55,807 nucleotides of DNA from Gammaproteobacteria bacterium (GTDB lineage: Bacteria; Pseudomonadota; Gammaproteobacteria; GCA-001735895), in NCBI GenBank assembly GCA_050298595.1, contig JBNKUM010000110.1:1-55807 (forward strand), given 5' to 3'. Both the position numbers and the translations under genes were made by a program. Below the pieces are notes generated by a model. That model saw only the letters and a program-made list of their open reading frames with translations, had not been told where the DNA came from and did not search any database. Numbering within the stretch: position 1 is the first letter of the stretch; every line of letters begins with the position of its first letter. Positions 17,480 to 28,527 of this stretch are shown here, piece after piece.

Positions 17480-20400
17480 TTAATACCGCGCGCCAATTCC
17501 AATCAGCCAGGCATCAACATTGACTCCTGAAAAACGATAGCTCTGCCAGCCCAGACGTATAAACACTTCGCTACGCGGGGAATACTCCAACGCCAACCCC
17601 AGATGAGTGTTTACGCCATCATCCTCAAATTTTTTGTTGATGTTTGTACCACTCAGACTGTAGTCTGCCTCCCACAGAAAAGCACCCAATGTCAGCGACC
17701 CGGTTAACTGCTCGTTCAGCGCTTTGCTCAATACTAAATCCGTAGTCCAGCCAGAGGCCGTCACCGGGTATACCGCTGCGAGTGTATTCACGAATGTGTC
17801 TACATCTGGGGCTACACCCGAAACAGTCGTCGTTACGTTTCCCAAATCCACGTATCCAATCTCCAACGCCAGCTGTTCATATAACTGGTAACCGATAAAG
17901 GGTGACCAGCCATTACGACTCAAATCAGTTTGGCTTACGGAGGCCGTTAACGATAATGCATCTATCTCCGCCTGAAAGTCACTACTACGTTCATCACTTT
18001 TTACTTTTAACAAAGCAAGTCCCAGATAATCGGGTTTCAGAAATGACTCAGCCTGCGCGCTGGTGACAAACCCTGATAAGCACAGGAGCATAAGCAGCCT
18101 ACTCCTGCCAACATAGCGATAAGCAAAGGCAAATGCCAGTAACGCTAGCCATGCGCCCGACAGCGCACCGCTACCATTAATGGTGACCTCGACCGGTGTT
18201 GCCGTCTTTACCGCTACGCCACCGGGATCATCCACTGATTGATTTACCTCGCCATCCGTATCATTCGGGCCACCATCTTCAATAGTCAGTTGCACACACC
18301 AGTGACCTTCGGTCAGTCCATTGGTGTAGCTGGAATCCCCAGGGGGAGGACAGAAGCCTTCAGTCCCTGACGCAGAAGCTACACTATTGTTGGCATCGAT
18401 AACAAAATTCTGCCAACCCGTGGGCATCAACTTGCGATATACCGCATCTGCAGGTATAGCAGCAAACTGTGCCAGCACTATGCGTACCTGTTGGCCTGCA
18501 ACAGGCAACTCATTAACATTGAAGTCAAATAGCCCTCCTGAGTAACTATAGCTTTCATCTAGCCCAGCTCCAGTACCGTTGTTGGCATGCTCCTCGATCT
18601 CTTCTTCAGTTACAGCCGTTTTGGCTCCGTTCGCGCGGAATGCAACCTGTCCCAATGATAATGCCAATCCAGGTTCGGTCTCCATGAGGAACTGATCAGT
18701 TACACTTCTTTGCTCCTGAACAACGTTACGATGCACACCCATATGATCCAGGTAATCAGGTATGCCATCACTATCACTATCACCGGCCCCTTCATCATCA
18801 TCATTGCTGCCATCACCATCGGTATCAGATGCGGTTAGCGTGGGTATAGCTGCAATGACATTTAGCCGCAGCGCTGCGCGCCTGGTATCAGTACCATCAC
18901 TCACTACTACATCCATCTTGTACACGCCTGGTGTTAAAACTGAAGGATCGAACGTAAAGGTGCTTGCACCTGAATCAGTATCAATCAGTGAGTTATCGGT
19001 ACCAGACCAGTCATAGGTATGGCTATCGCCATTAGAATCTACAACTGTCGCAGTGACAATCACATTGCCATCACCCTGACCAATCATGCGCGTATTACCG
19101 CTACCCTGATCAGCAGTTAAAGAGACCAGCGGCACAACATTAACCTCACGTATTTCAATCGTATGCGTTGCTACTGGTCCTGCTATCGCATTAGTCGGCG
19201 ACCCCATGCTAAGCAGCAGTGTTTCAACTCCCTCGCCTGCCCCATCATCCACCACATTCACAGTCACCGATGCTTCGAGGTTGGAGGCTGTTATGTCGAC
19301 ACTGCCATTGACTAGATTATGATCTGAACCATCTGTCGCCGCAGTCCCCCCCACCGTATATGGAACCGTAACAGGGTAAGTTACTGCCGGTCCGTTGAGA
19401 ATGACTTTGAATGTAACGGTATCACCTTCTCGTGCAGTCTGGTTTTTACTAAATTCGACCATTGGTGTTACGTTCACGGTTTGTATTGCTGAAGCAGAAT
19501 TGGATGCAGCATCCGTAGCTGTCCAGGTGAGCACATGAACGCCCGGACTAAAGTAGCCTGGATTGCTAGTTAGAGCTTTTGCAGTACCACTATTACTAAC
19601 GATCTGAGTTACGCGTGGAGTTAGTGGACCATCTTTATAGTCCTCTGCAGTAACCAAACCGGTCGTTACAGCTGTAAACAGACCTGTGGCATTGACGTTC
19701 ACATCGCCAGGCACAGTGACTACGGGTGGCTGGTCATCAGCATTGGCATTTGAATTGGCTTCTGACTCATCATAATTGAGAACGCCGTCACCATCGAGGT
19801 CAGTATCTCTATCTGACGCGTCCAGTTTGTTGAGACCATTAGCGTCTTCATAACTATTGAGCATGCCATCACCATCGATATCAGTGTCACTGGCATCCCC
19901 TGTTCCATCGCCGTCCAGATCACCATCGATCACTCCGCTACTGCTACTGCTCACAGATTCAGAGAAACCCTGACCGTCCACGTAACTGGCGACAACTGAA
20001 ATCAAGCCCCCTACGTCCGACGCTATCAATGTATAGGTACTTGACGTTGCACCGCTGATATTGCTCGCACCACGCTGCCATTGATAGCTGACCGAACCCA
20101 GGCCATCAATATCCGCCAGCGTATTGCTAGCCGTTAAGGTGTAACCCTCTACCTCTGTACCCGTAAAACTCACACTACCAGTTGGCGAATCATTGACATT
20201 AGCAACGGTTGCTGTGGCACTACTGGTAACACTTTCTGCCGTGCCGTGATTATCCGTATAACTAGCTGTCACGGTGATACTTTGCCCAACATCACTATCA
20301 CCCAGAACATAGGTGCTACTAGTTGCGCCACTGACCGCTGAACCACCACGCAACCATTGATAGGTAATGGTACCAAGCCCATCCGCATCGGCCAGTGTAT

Positions 20401-23400
20401 TGATAGCTGTCAGTGTTTGATCTTCGGTCACCGTGCCACTGATGGTCACACTACCGGTAGGAGCATCATTCACATTGACAACAGCGCTGGTTGCACTGCT
20501 AGTTGAACTCTCAGCTGTACCCTGCGCATCGGTATAACTGGCGGTAACGGTGATGGATTGCCCAACGTCGTTATCACCCAAAACATAAGTGCTGTTGGTC
20601 GCGCCAGTAATATCAGTACCAGCTCGCTGCCATTGATAAGTAATCGTACCAAGCCCATCCGCATCTGCCAGGGTATTAGCAGCAGTTAGTGTTTGATCTT
20701 CGGTGGCTGTGCCACTGATTGTGACACTACCTGTAGGTGCGTCATTCACATTAACAACAGCACTGGTTGCACTGCTGGTTGAGCTTTCAGCCGTACCAAA
20801 ACCATCGGTGTAACTTGCGGTAACCGTTATGGTTTGACCAACGTCGTTATCACCCAGGGTATAAGTGCTATTGGTGGCAGAGCCAATATTCGTACCACCA
20901 CGTTTCCACTGATAACTAATGGAGCCTAAACCATCGGCATCGGTCAGTGTATTACTTGCGGTCAGGGTTTGATCTTCAGTAGCCGTGCCGCTGATGGTCA
21001 CACTACCGCCAGGTAAGTCATTGACATTCATTACCACTGTTGAGGCTGTGCTAAGCACACTCTCTGCATTACCATTGCCATCGGTGTAGCTTACGGTCAC
21101 CGTCATGGTGTTTCCTATATCCGTTGCCGTCAGGGCGTAACTCGCACTGTTACTACCGACATTCGAAGCTGCAGATTTCCACTGATAGCTAAAGCTTCCC
21201 AGGCCATCAGGATCAGCCAATGCAGTCGTTACTGCCGTTAAGGTTTGATACTCAAGCGGACTACCACTAATGGTAACTGACCCTGTTGGCGAGTCGTTAG
21301 TTTCGGTAATAGCAACGGTTGTGCTTCCTGTCGCTGTTAACGCGCCGCCACTGCCCTGGCTACCGCTGTTGCCATCGTTAAACGTCCAGTCAATTTGAGT
21401 CGTACTTGCTGGTGAATTATTGCTATTACTGTAAGCAATGCTCTGCAACACGCTATCTACATTGGCAGCAGTTGCACTGGCATTAAAGGTAACAAGCAAT
21501 GTGCCAGCACTGTTGGTGGTAACGGTTCCAATATCTGCGCCTCCCAGATTGAAAGCGCCGCCTTCGATCAGCGCACTTAAACTACCACTAGCGCTAAACT
21601 GATCGTAACTGCTTGCGCCACCATTACGAACGAGGGTTAAGGTTGCAGCACTGTAATTATCAGTATCATCCAGTTCGGCATCAGCAACAACAACATTGCT
21701 ATCCAGGACTACCGCTGCTCCATCTTCTGTAAAGGCAGGTGTACCATCCAGACCACTAAAAACGGGTTGATCATTGGTTGCTGTAACACTAATGGTTGAG
21801 GTTGATTCAACGCCTGTATTATCAGCATTATCCACTGCAACAAAGGTAACCGAACGATTCGTTGTATCGGGTGCACTGGAAGTATTGTTATATCGGGTCG
21901 AAGCGATCAGTTGTTGCATGGTCGCTGCACTTGCAGAACCATCATCTACTGTGATCGTCAATACTCCAGTACCACCATCATAGGCAGCAATAGTAACAGC
22001 TTCACTGTTAACTGTTTGTCCACCTGTACCCAGGGTTGAGGCCAGGCTTTCAGCCGTAGTATCAGGCCTGTTGGATAAAGTCACTGTCAGCGATTTAAAC
22101 GTGCCATCATCGGAGATTGTATTATCGCTATCTGCAACAGCGACTGCACCGCCATCTTCAGTAAAACTACCGTTGTATCCACCGCTAGTATTGCCACTAC
22201 TGTCATCACCATCCAGGTCGATTATTGGTGCGCGTACTAAACTCACCGTAACATCCTGATTGGCTGATATAGCACTTGCGCCATCGCCATCGTTTGCAGT
22301 GACACGAACCGTTTTCGCAGCTGTGCTAGTTGTTGAAGCATTTGTATTGGTATATTGCAACGCTGAAAGCAGATCCTGAACGCGTGCCAATGTGGCGTTA
22401 ACATTGAGGGTAATCACTAAACTCGTGCCCCCAGTCCCCCCTGCCGCAGTGCCAATTGTAAAACCATCGCTGTGCGTTATGTTACTGCCTGAGGTAGCAA
22501 TATTACCAACCGCACCAACCTGCAATACATCCTCTGCTGACTGCTGATTGGCAACTATGCTGACGGTAATATTGCCACCATTGAAATCGGCAGAATCACC
22601 ATCTGTTAGAGAAGCATCTGCAGCATCATCCAGAACAGTTGCTCCCCCCCCAATGTTAAAGCTCACTGCATCGCCGTCCAGATTCGTAATAACAGGCGCT
22701 TCGTTAACATTATTTACCGTCACCGCTAATACTGTATCAGTTGTATTGCCTCCCGCGTCAGTCACTCGAACCGTAATATTGTGACTACTATTGGCTTCGT
22801 AGTTCAGCAAGCTACCGTCGGCAACGGTCACTATGCCTGTACCTGAAGCAATGGCAAAACGTCCGCCAGCATCGTCGAACAAGCTATAGCTAGTGGCATC
22901 AGAAGCTGAAACGGTGCCCACTGTTGTACCGTTGGATACATTTTCATCTACGACTAACGTACCGCTCGCTGAGCCAGGGCTGTTGGCATCAATACTATCT
23001 GCACCTTGAACAATCGCCGTCGTATAAGTCGTACTATTATTGCCGGCACTGTCCTGTAAGATAAATGAAACAGGAATGCTGTCACCTGCTGCGCGGTCGG
23101 TATTTCCTTCAGCTACTGTGTAGGTTGCACTGTAGCTACCACTGCCACCATCGGTAAAACCGGTGACAGCAACATCATTGATGGTGCCGCTATTTAAGCT
23201 AAGCCCGGCTTCACTGGCCGTAATGCTTACCGTTACAGCATCACCCACTTTCATAGCACTGTTGGGAATGCTCACTGTACTGATAGCAGGCCTGTTTGCA
23301 TCAATGCTATCGGCGTTTTGTGTGATCGCTGTGGTGTAGGTGCTACTGATGTTGCCCGCTGCATCCTGTAGAACAAAAGACACCGGAATAGAGTCACCGA

Positions 23401-26400
23401 CAGCACGATCTGTATTCCCTTCGACAATGGTATAGGTGGCACTATAACTGCCGCCACCATCATCGCTAAACCCAGAAACAGCAACGCCATTTACACTACC
23501 ACTCGACAAACTTAAGCCAGCTTCACTTGCGGTAATACTCACCGTCACAGCATCACCAATTTTCATAGCAGTATTTGGAATGCTCACACTGCTAATAGTG
23601 GGTACATTTGCATCTATACTATCCGCTCCCTGACTAATCGCCGTGGTGTACGCTGCACTATCGTTTCCTGCAGCATCTGCCAGAACAAAATTCACAGGGA
23701 TAGGACTTCCCGCTGCAATATCAGTACCACCATCGAGAACTGTGTAGGTTGCACTATAGTTACCGCTGCCGAGGTCCGAGAAAGCAGTAACCACTACACC
23801 GTTAACCGTTCCTGTTGTAAGCGAGAGCCCAGCTTCACCCGCAGTAATACTTACAGTGACAGCATCACCTACTTTCATGGGGCTGTTAGGAACTGTGACA
23901 CTGGAAATGGTCGGCACCACGCTATCCACCAACACTGACGTTAAACTGCCCACCGAATTGAGCGTTGTGGAGAGGTCATTCGTCACTGCATCTTTCATCG
24001 TGCCAGAGTTCAGAGAAATGCTCCCCCCCAGCGCAATGCCATCACTATCTATCAACCCGCTTTCAACGGTATAACGGAAAAGCAGTGCAGTTGTGCCGGA
24101 TCCACTCACGTAGCTGGCGGTTTTACCGGTAGCGCCAATCGTTAACGCCAAGGTTGGTGTGCCGCCGCTCGTTACTACCGTCACCGCTTCTGAGGTGTTC
24201 ACCGTAAAATCGAGATTCTGCCCTGCCACATAGGTTGCGTTTGAGGGAACAGAAACACTGGCAACCGTCGGTGCCGTACTATCCACTAATACAGACGTTA
24301 GGCTGCCCACCGAATTAAGCGTGGTGGTGAGGTTATTCCCTACTGCATCTTTCATCGTACCTGAGTTCAATGCGATAGATGCACCTAACGCAATACCGTC
24401 GGTATCGCTTAACGCGTTTTCAACGGTATAGCGGAAAAGCAGTGCAGTTGTACCCGATCCACTCACGTAGCTGGCAGTTTTGCCTGTAGCGCCAATCGTT
24501 AACGCCAAGGTTGGCGTGCCACCACTCGTCACCACCGTAACCGCTTCCGAGGTATTAACCGTAAAGTCAAGATTCTGCCCTGCTACATAAGTAGCATTTG
24601 ACGGCACAGAAACACTGGAGACGGTCGGTGCTGTGCTATCCACTAATACTGAAGTTAACCCACCTACTGAATTAAGTGTTGTGGTTAAATTGCTACCACC
24701 AGAATCCTTCATAGTGCCGGAATTCAGGGAAATACTTCCCCCCAGCGTTATACCGTTGGTATCGCTTAACCCACTTTCAACGTTATATCGGAACAGTAGT
24801 GCCGTTGTGCCTGACCCACTTACATAGCTGGCGGCTTTACTGGTGGCACCAATCGTTAGCGCAAGCGTTGGTGTTCCGCCAGAAGTAACCACGGTTACCG
24901 CTTCTGAGGTATTAACGGTAAAATCGAGATTCTCTCCTGTCACATAGGTAGCATTTGACGGAACAGAGACACTGGAAACCGTAGGCACTACGGGATTGGC
25001 TGTAATCTGCGTTGTCGCATTTGCTGTGCCATCGATGGTGCCATCATTTGGCGTAAGGGTAAACGTCGAAACAACAGGTGAAGAGGACTGATTATTCGTG
25101 GGTGTAAACGTAAGCCCTTGCAGGTTAGTGGTAGCTTCTGCAGGTGCCACAGATGTCACCGTATAGCTACCAGCACTCCCCGTTATGCCTGTACCAGTTA
25201 ATGTGCCATTCGCACCGGTATAGGTAATAGATACACTGACATTGTCAGCATCTGAATCTGATACCGTAACACTGCTAAATGGCGATATGGTTGCATTATC
25301 ATTTACTACACCAGCAGTGGTGAAGCTACCACCTAAGGTTGGAGCCGTATTGGACGTCAGCTTGTTATCAACGGTAAAATTATTCAGTCGTATAGGCCAA
25401 TAAACCTTTTGATCACAACCAGAAGCTGAAACCCTAAACTTAGTAAGCTGCTCTCCCGCCAGATTCGTTAAAGCTACAGAACCAGCCCCAATTAAGGTAA
25501 AACTATCTGACTGAGTGCCTCCTGCCGCCAGATATCCAATCACATTTGCCGTTGAGCAAGAGGCACCATTCTTAGCTGAAAAGTTAACGGCTGTCAGCTG
25601 GAACGATGCGATATTAGTGCCATCAGCTGAAAATTGTAAAAACCCTGCTGTAGCAGTAGTTGCATAGTCTAAATAAAGTCCGGAGTCGGCATAGGTTCCA
25701 GCATAAGCATAGACAATGTGTGAACCATCAAACACAATGTGCCCATCACTTGATGTGTGCGAAGCCGATGCAGTAAAACAGCCTGAACTACAAAAATCCG
25801 AAGGAATATAGGTAGTTGGCGCTAACACATCAGAAAAGTCTTTAAGCGCGATTTCACTCCAGGGTAAAGATGCCTCTATATTGCCGCGTTTAATTTCCAG
25901 ATCCCAATCGCCCTCTTTTGAGCCCGCACCTGTAAAATCATCCGAAGCAGCAACATCGGCATGGGTATTGCCAACAATAATTTCAAGTAGCTCCTCCCCC
26001 GCTCTGTCGGCCGCCAAATTACAACCGTACAGTAATATATCCCCACCGGGTTTAACCGATTTATTAATCTGGCTAAAGGCCTGTATGTTCCCCTCCAAAG
26101 ATTGCGCATCAATTTGGCTATTCCCCAACAATAACGTACCTTCCTTCGCATGGGATACAATATGCAGAGCACTGAGAGAACGATAGCTTTCCAGAGTAGT
26201 TAAAAGTTGCTCCAGGCCATCATTATTACCGTCTAATTCAACAACATCCGTACCTGGCTTTAACAGTTGATAAAATAAGTGTTTGTTAGGCACTGAGGCA
26301 TCAATGAGAATCAATTCCGTAATCGGATGTTTTTTCTCCAGGCATAGGTCATGAGATGTACTGGAATCTGGAGGCATCCGATACAGTTCCGATTCAGGCG

Positions 26401-26542
26401 GCCCAGGGATAACAGCGCATTTCTGATTTGTAGTAGGCGAAGCGTGTTTTCGACCTACATATCCTGAGTATGATCCTATCGCCCCATAACTTCCAAAGGG
26501 TAAAACTAATGCAGCTAAACAACCTAAGTTCTTTTTTTTCAT
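17480..26542 (-). CDS. Giant surface protein: signal peptide, DUF4347-like domain, Ig/cadherin-like repeats, Ca-binding DxDxDG repeats, GlyGly-CTERM-like segment, C-terminal outer-membrane beta-barrel
   Basis: 3020-aa ORF with LHIVSH..ILLYGC..DWDLE, three repeat families, DGGPNDTDG..DDPGG, GSGALSGAWLALL and terminal IGIGARY. Confidence 0.88.
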   Translation of the reverse strand: MKKKNLGCLAALVLPFGSYGAIGSYSGYVGRKHASPTTNQKCAVIPGPPESELYRMPPDSSTSHDLCLEKKHPITELILIDASVPNKHLFYQLLKPGTDVVELDGNNDGLEQLLTTLESYRSLSALHIVSHAKEGTLLLGNSQIDAQSLEGNIQAFSQINKSVKPGGDILLYGCNLAADRAGEELLEIIVGNTHADVAASDDFTGAGSKEGDWDLEIKRGNIEASLPWSEIALKDFSDVLAPTTYIPSDFCSSGCFTASASHTSSDGHIVFDGSHIVYAYAGTYADSGLYLDYATTATAGFLQFSADGTNIASFQLTAVNFSAKNGASCSTANVIGYLAAGGTQSDSFTLIGAGSVALTNLAGEQLTKFRVSASGCDQKVYWPIRLNNFTVDNKLTSNTAPTLGGSFTTAGVVNDNATISPFSSVTVSDSDADNVSVSITYTGANGTLTGTGITGSAGSYTVTSVAPAEATTNLQGLTFTPTNNQSSSPVVSTFTLTPNDGTIDGTANATTQITANPVVPTVSSVSVPSNATYVTGENLDFTVNTSEAVTVVTSGGTPTLALTIGATSKAASYVSGSGTTALLFRYNVESGLSDTNGITLGGSISLNSGTMKDSGGSNLTTTLNSVGGLTSVLVDSTAPTVSSVSVPSNATYVAGQNLDFTVNTSEAVTVVTSGGTPTLALTIGATGKTASYVSGSGTTALLFRYTVENALSDTDGIALGASIALNSGTMKDAVGNNLTTTLNSVGSLTSVLVDSTAPTVASVSVPSNATYVAGQNLDFTVNTSEAVTVVTSGGTPTLALTIGATGKTASYVSGSGTTALLFRYTVESGLIDSDGIALGGSISLNSGTMKDAVTNDLSTTLNSVGSLTSVLVDSVVPTISSVTVPNSPMKVGDAVTVSITAGEAGLSLTTGTVNGVVVTAFSDLGSGNYSATYTVLDGGTDIAAGSPIPVNFVLADAAGNDSAAYTTAISQGADSIDANVPTISSVSIPNTAMKIGDAVTVSITASEAGLSLSSGSVNGVAVSGFSDDGGGSYSATYTIVEGNTDRAVGDSIPVSFVLQDAAGNISSTYTTAITQNADSIDANRPAISTVSIPNSAMKVGDAVTVSITASEAGLSLNSGTINDVAVTGFTDGGSGSYSATYTVAEGNTDRAAGDSIPVSFILQDSAGNNSTTYTTAIVQGADSIDANSPGSASGTLVVDENVSNGTTVGTVSASDATSYSLFDDAGGRFAIASGTGIVTVADGSLLNYEANSSHNITVRVTDAGGNTTDTVLAVTVNNVNEAPVITNLDGDAVSFNIGGGATVLDDAADASLTDGDSADFNGGNITVSIVANQQSAEDVLQVGAVGNIATSGSNITHSDGFTIGTAAGGTGGTSLVITLNVNATLARVQDLLSALQYTNTNASTTSTAAKTVRVTANDGDGASAISANQDVTVSLVRAPIIDLDGDDSSGNTSGGYNGSFTEDGGAVAVADSDNTISDDGTFKSLTVTLSNRPDTTAESLASTLGTGGQTVNSEAVTIAAYDGGTGVLTITVDDGSASAATMQQLIASTRYNNTSSAPDTTNRSVTFVAVDNADNTGVESTSTISVTATNDQPVFSGLDGTPAFTEDGAAVVLDSNVVVADAELDDTDNYSAATLTLVRNGGASSYDQFSASGSLSALIEGGAFNLGGADIGTVTTNSAGTLLVTFNASATAANVDSVLQSIAYSNSNNSPASTTQIDWTFNDGNSGSQGSGGALTATGSTTVAITETNDSPTGSVTISGSPLEYQTLTAVTTALADPDGLGSFSYQWKSAASNVGSNSASYALTATDIGNTMTVTVSYTDGNGNAESVLSTASTVVMNVNDLPGGSVTISGTATEDQTLTASNTLTDADGLGSISYQWKRGGTNIGSATNSTYTLGDNDVGQTITVTASYTDGFGTAESSTSSATSAVVNVNDAPTGSVTISGTATEDQTLTAANTLADADGLGTITYQWQRAGTDITGATNSTYVLGDNDVGQSITVTASYTDAQGTAESSTSSATSAVVNVNDAPTGSVTISGTVTEDQTLTAINTLADADGLGTITYQWLRGGSAVSGATSSTYVLGDSDVGQSITVTASYTDNHGTAESVTSSATATVANVNDSPTGSVSFTGTEVEGYTLTASNTLADIDGLGSVSYQWQRGASNISGATSSTYTLIASDVGGLISVVASYVDGQGFSESVSSSSSGVIDGDLDGDGTGDASDTDIDGDGMLNSYEDANGLNKLDASDRDTDLDGDGVLNYDESEANSNANADDQPPVVTVPGDVNVNATGLFTAVTTGLVTAEDYKDGPLTPRVTQIVSNSGTAKALTSNPGYFSPGVHVLTWTATDAASNSASAIQTVNVTPMVEFSKNQTAREGDTVTFKVILNGPAVTYPVTVPYTVGGTAATDGSDHNLVNGSVDITASNLEASVTVNVVDDGAGEGVETLLLSMGSPTNAIAGPVATHTIEIREVNVVPLVSLTADQGSGNTRMIGQGDGNVIVTATVVDSNGDSHTYDWSGTDNSLIDTDSGASTFTFDPSVLTPGVYKMDVVVSDGTDTRRAALRLNVIAAIPTLTASDTDGDGSNDDDEGAGDSDSDGIPDYLDHMGVHRNVVQEQRSVTDQFLMETEPGLALSLGQVAFRANGAKTAVTEEEIEEHANNGTGAGLDESYSYSGGLFDFNVNELPVAGQQVRIVLAQFAAIPADAVYRKLMPTGWQNFVIDANNSVASASGTEGFCPPPGDSSYTNGLTEGHWCVQLTIEDGGPNDTDGEVNQSVDDPGGVAVKTATPVEVTINGSGALSGAWLALLAFAFAYRYVGRSRLLMLLCLSGFVTSAQAESFLKPDYLGLALLKVKSDERSSDFQAEIDALSLTASVSQTDLSRNGWSPFIGYQLYEQLALEIGYVDLGNVTTTVSGVAPDVDTFVNTLAAVYPVTASGWTTDLVLSKALNEQLTGSLTLGAFLWEADYSLSGTNINKKFEDDGVNTHLGLALEYSPRSEVFIRLGWQSYRFSGVNVDAWLIGIGARY
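19919..21298 (-). repeat. Five intragenic 92-aa (276-bp) Ig-like repeats
   Basis: NDxPTGSVTISG.. units starting at 21298, 21022, 20746, 20470 and 20194. Confidence 0.85.
22979..23914 (-). repeat. Three intragenic 104-aa (312-bp) repeats
   Basis: PxISxVxxPNxxMKxGDAVTVSITA units. Confidence 0.85.
23915..24985 (-). repeat. Three intragenic 119-aa (357-bp) repeats
   Basis: PTVxSVSVPSNATYV..NLDFTVNTSEAV units, nearly identical in protein but synonymously diverged in DNA. Confidence 0.88.
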
Positions 26543-26620
26543 CCTGGCGTCCCTAAATCATATTTTTAGCTGCCTGCGACATGCAGTCTGGATTAGATAA
26601 ACTAAAACAAACAAAACAGG

Positions 26621-27442
26621 CTAATCAGTCTTCGAAGAGATAATACTCGCCTCCGTCCCAGAACCATCCATCCAAAACGCCATCTCGCTATACTTGCTAA
26701 ATAGATCTGGCGGCAAAACCGTCCTTCTAGAACTAAATTCCACTTTTTTCTTTACTGTATGTAATCCGTTAACACCCAACTTACTGTCAAATTCACTTTC
26801 TGAGTATTCAACACAATTAAAGTCATGGTTATATTCAGGCTCACCTATAAAGTCATATAACAAGCCTATCGACTTCTTTGGATATTTGGTGAGCAGGTCA
26901 TAATCTATAAGCAATAACCGATCTGAATACTCGCCGTAGTAAGCTTCCTTCAAGGCTGTCCACGCGCTACCAACACTACCGGCAGAGTTCATCAATGCCT
27001 CACAGCGGCTATACACCGTCATGCGACTTGCAGGGTTAAACATGCGACTGTAGTCAAATGGGTTCTTTCGGTAGATGCACTCAAAACTATCCATAATCCA
27101 AGACGGATTCCTGACACAACAAATCACTTTAAAGCCATCAAATAGCTCGACCAACTGATGTAATCTTGCTGTCCAAATTCGATTTGTATCAAAAACAATC
27201 TCTTTAGCACCCTTGTCGTGGTAATAGCTTTCAAAAAGTCCTTTACTCAAATGCCTACGCCCAGCGTCATTAAAAAAAGTATAGTACTCCCCTCCTGCTC
27301 CAATCTGTTCCAGACAGCCGTTAAGTAATGCAGCCACTGGACTGGAGATGGCAGCATGAAACCGTGGATTCTGTCTCAATAGACCTGCAAGTAGTGTCGA
27401 GCCAGATCTAGGTAGCCCCGAGATAAAATGAATTTTTTGCAT
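26621..27442 (-). CDS. Sulfotransferase family protein
   Basis: 5'-PSB loop ISGLPRSGSTLL; 3'-PB motif CCVRNP..IMDS. Confidence 0.9.
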   Translation of the reverse strand: MQKIHFISGLPRSGSTLLAGLLRQNPRFHAAISSPVAALLNGCLEQIGAGGEYYTFFNDAGRRHLSKGLFESYYHDKGAKEIVFDTNRIWTARLHQLVELFDGFKVICCVRNPSWIMDSFECIYRKNPFDYSRMFNPASRMTVYSRCEALMNSAGSVGSAWTALKEAYYGEYSDRLLLIDYDLLTKYPKKSIGLLYDFIGEPEYNHDFNCVEYSESEFDSKLGVNGLHTVKKKVEFSSRRTVLPPDLFSKYSEMAFWMDGSGTEASIISSKTD

Positions 27443-27480
27443 TAATCCTCACTGGCTAATAAGTTGTTTATAATTTAACT

Positions 27481-28269
27481 GGGGCAGAGTAAATTTAAAC
27501 AGCGCGGCTCTTCCGCCACCCCTTGCGTCTTCCAACTTTGAGTGTTTTTTGTCTCCTACCGGTTAGCTTCCCTATCTCTTCTATAAAGCTCTCATTTCCA
27601 ATCGCCATGCCTTTATTAGAACCTTTCCTGATCTCTTCCAACACCGGGTCATCTACCTGATGTACAACTTGTGACCGATAGTTTTCCTTGCCAAGCTCCT
27701 TTGTTCTTCCCCGCTGAAGGTATTCGGAATGGGGGATACATAACTCAGACTCTTTTTCCAATGCAACGCATTGATCTGATAACCTGGCCAGATCTAATCA
27801 GCAGGATCATCCACCATATCCGCTCTGACCGGGTTGAGTTCGATATAGCGGTAAACTTAAAGTAGATATCGTTCAGTTTGAACCAAACGGATTTATAGCA
27901 ACCGTACCAGAGTGTACCTATGCGTCTATTCTGATAGTTAAAAATGCGGACATACTTACGCCCCAATGACTGCATCATTTCACTGATTCCGCCGTTTTGT
28001 CGTGGCGTACACAGTAAATGCACATAACTAGAAATCAGTACCCAGGCGTGAACATCTACATTATATTTCGCTGGATAGCCTTTTAACCACCCCATAAAAG
28101 CCATCAGATCCTCTTCTGGGCCAAAACAAACCTGGTGATAATCACCTCTCTGGATTATATGGATAGGAACTCTGACTGGTGCACCCATCTGTATTTTGGG
28201 CATATTTTGATCCTTCCTTGTTGTTTCTGTGAGAATTAGAGTTTAGCACATCAAATTTTACTCCACCCC
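27481..28269 (-). pseudogene. Frameshifted REP-associated tyrosine transposase (RAYT) with terminal inverted repeats
   Basis: HIIQRG, VHAWVLISSYVHLL (HUH decayed), GTLW..YKS, split into 27745..28203 and 27495..27761. Ends GGGGCAGAGTAAATT / AATTTTACTCCACCCC. Confidence 0.85.
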
Positions 28270-28527
28270 TAAATGTGCTCCTGCTAAGTTAAACTTCGAA
28301 CAAATTAAATATATAGCATCTGGAACAGCAACTTTCTACAAATCATTCAGGTAATTAACCGGGGTAATAATATAGAGCGACAAAAATAATATACACTTAG
28401 ACAATTTAAACCAAAAACATTTACAGGATATTAGAGGCAAACCCGTGCCTGGAATTTAGAGGGGTATATCCGACGATAAGCATTCAATTTATAAGTCTTA
28501 TAGCAATTAATTACACGGAGCGATATT

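Noticed and set aside
17480-26542. RTX/type I-secreted adhesin or classical autotransporter
   Set aside because: Has an N-terminal signal peptide, no GGxGxD nonapeptide array and no T1SS genes nearby; the barrel is only about 190 aa.
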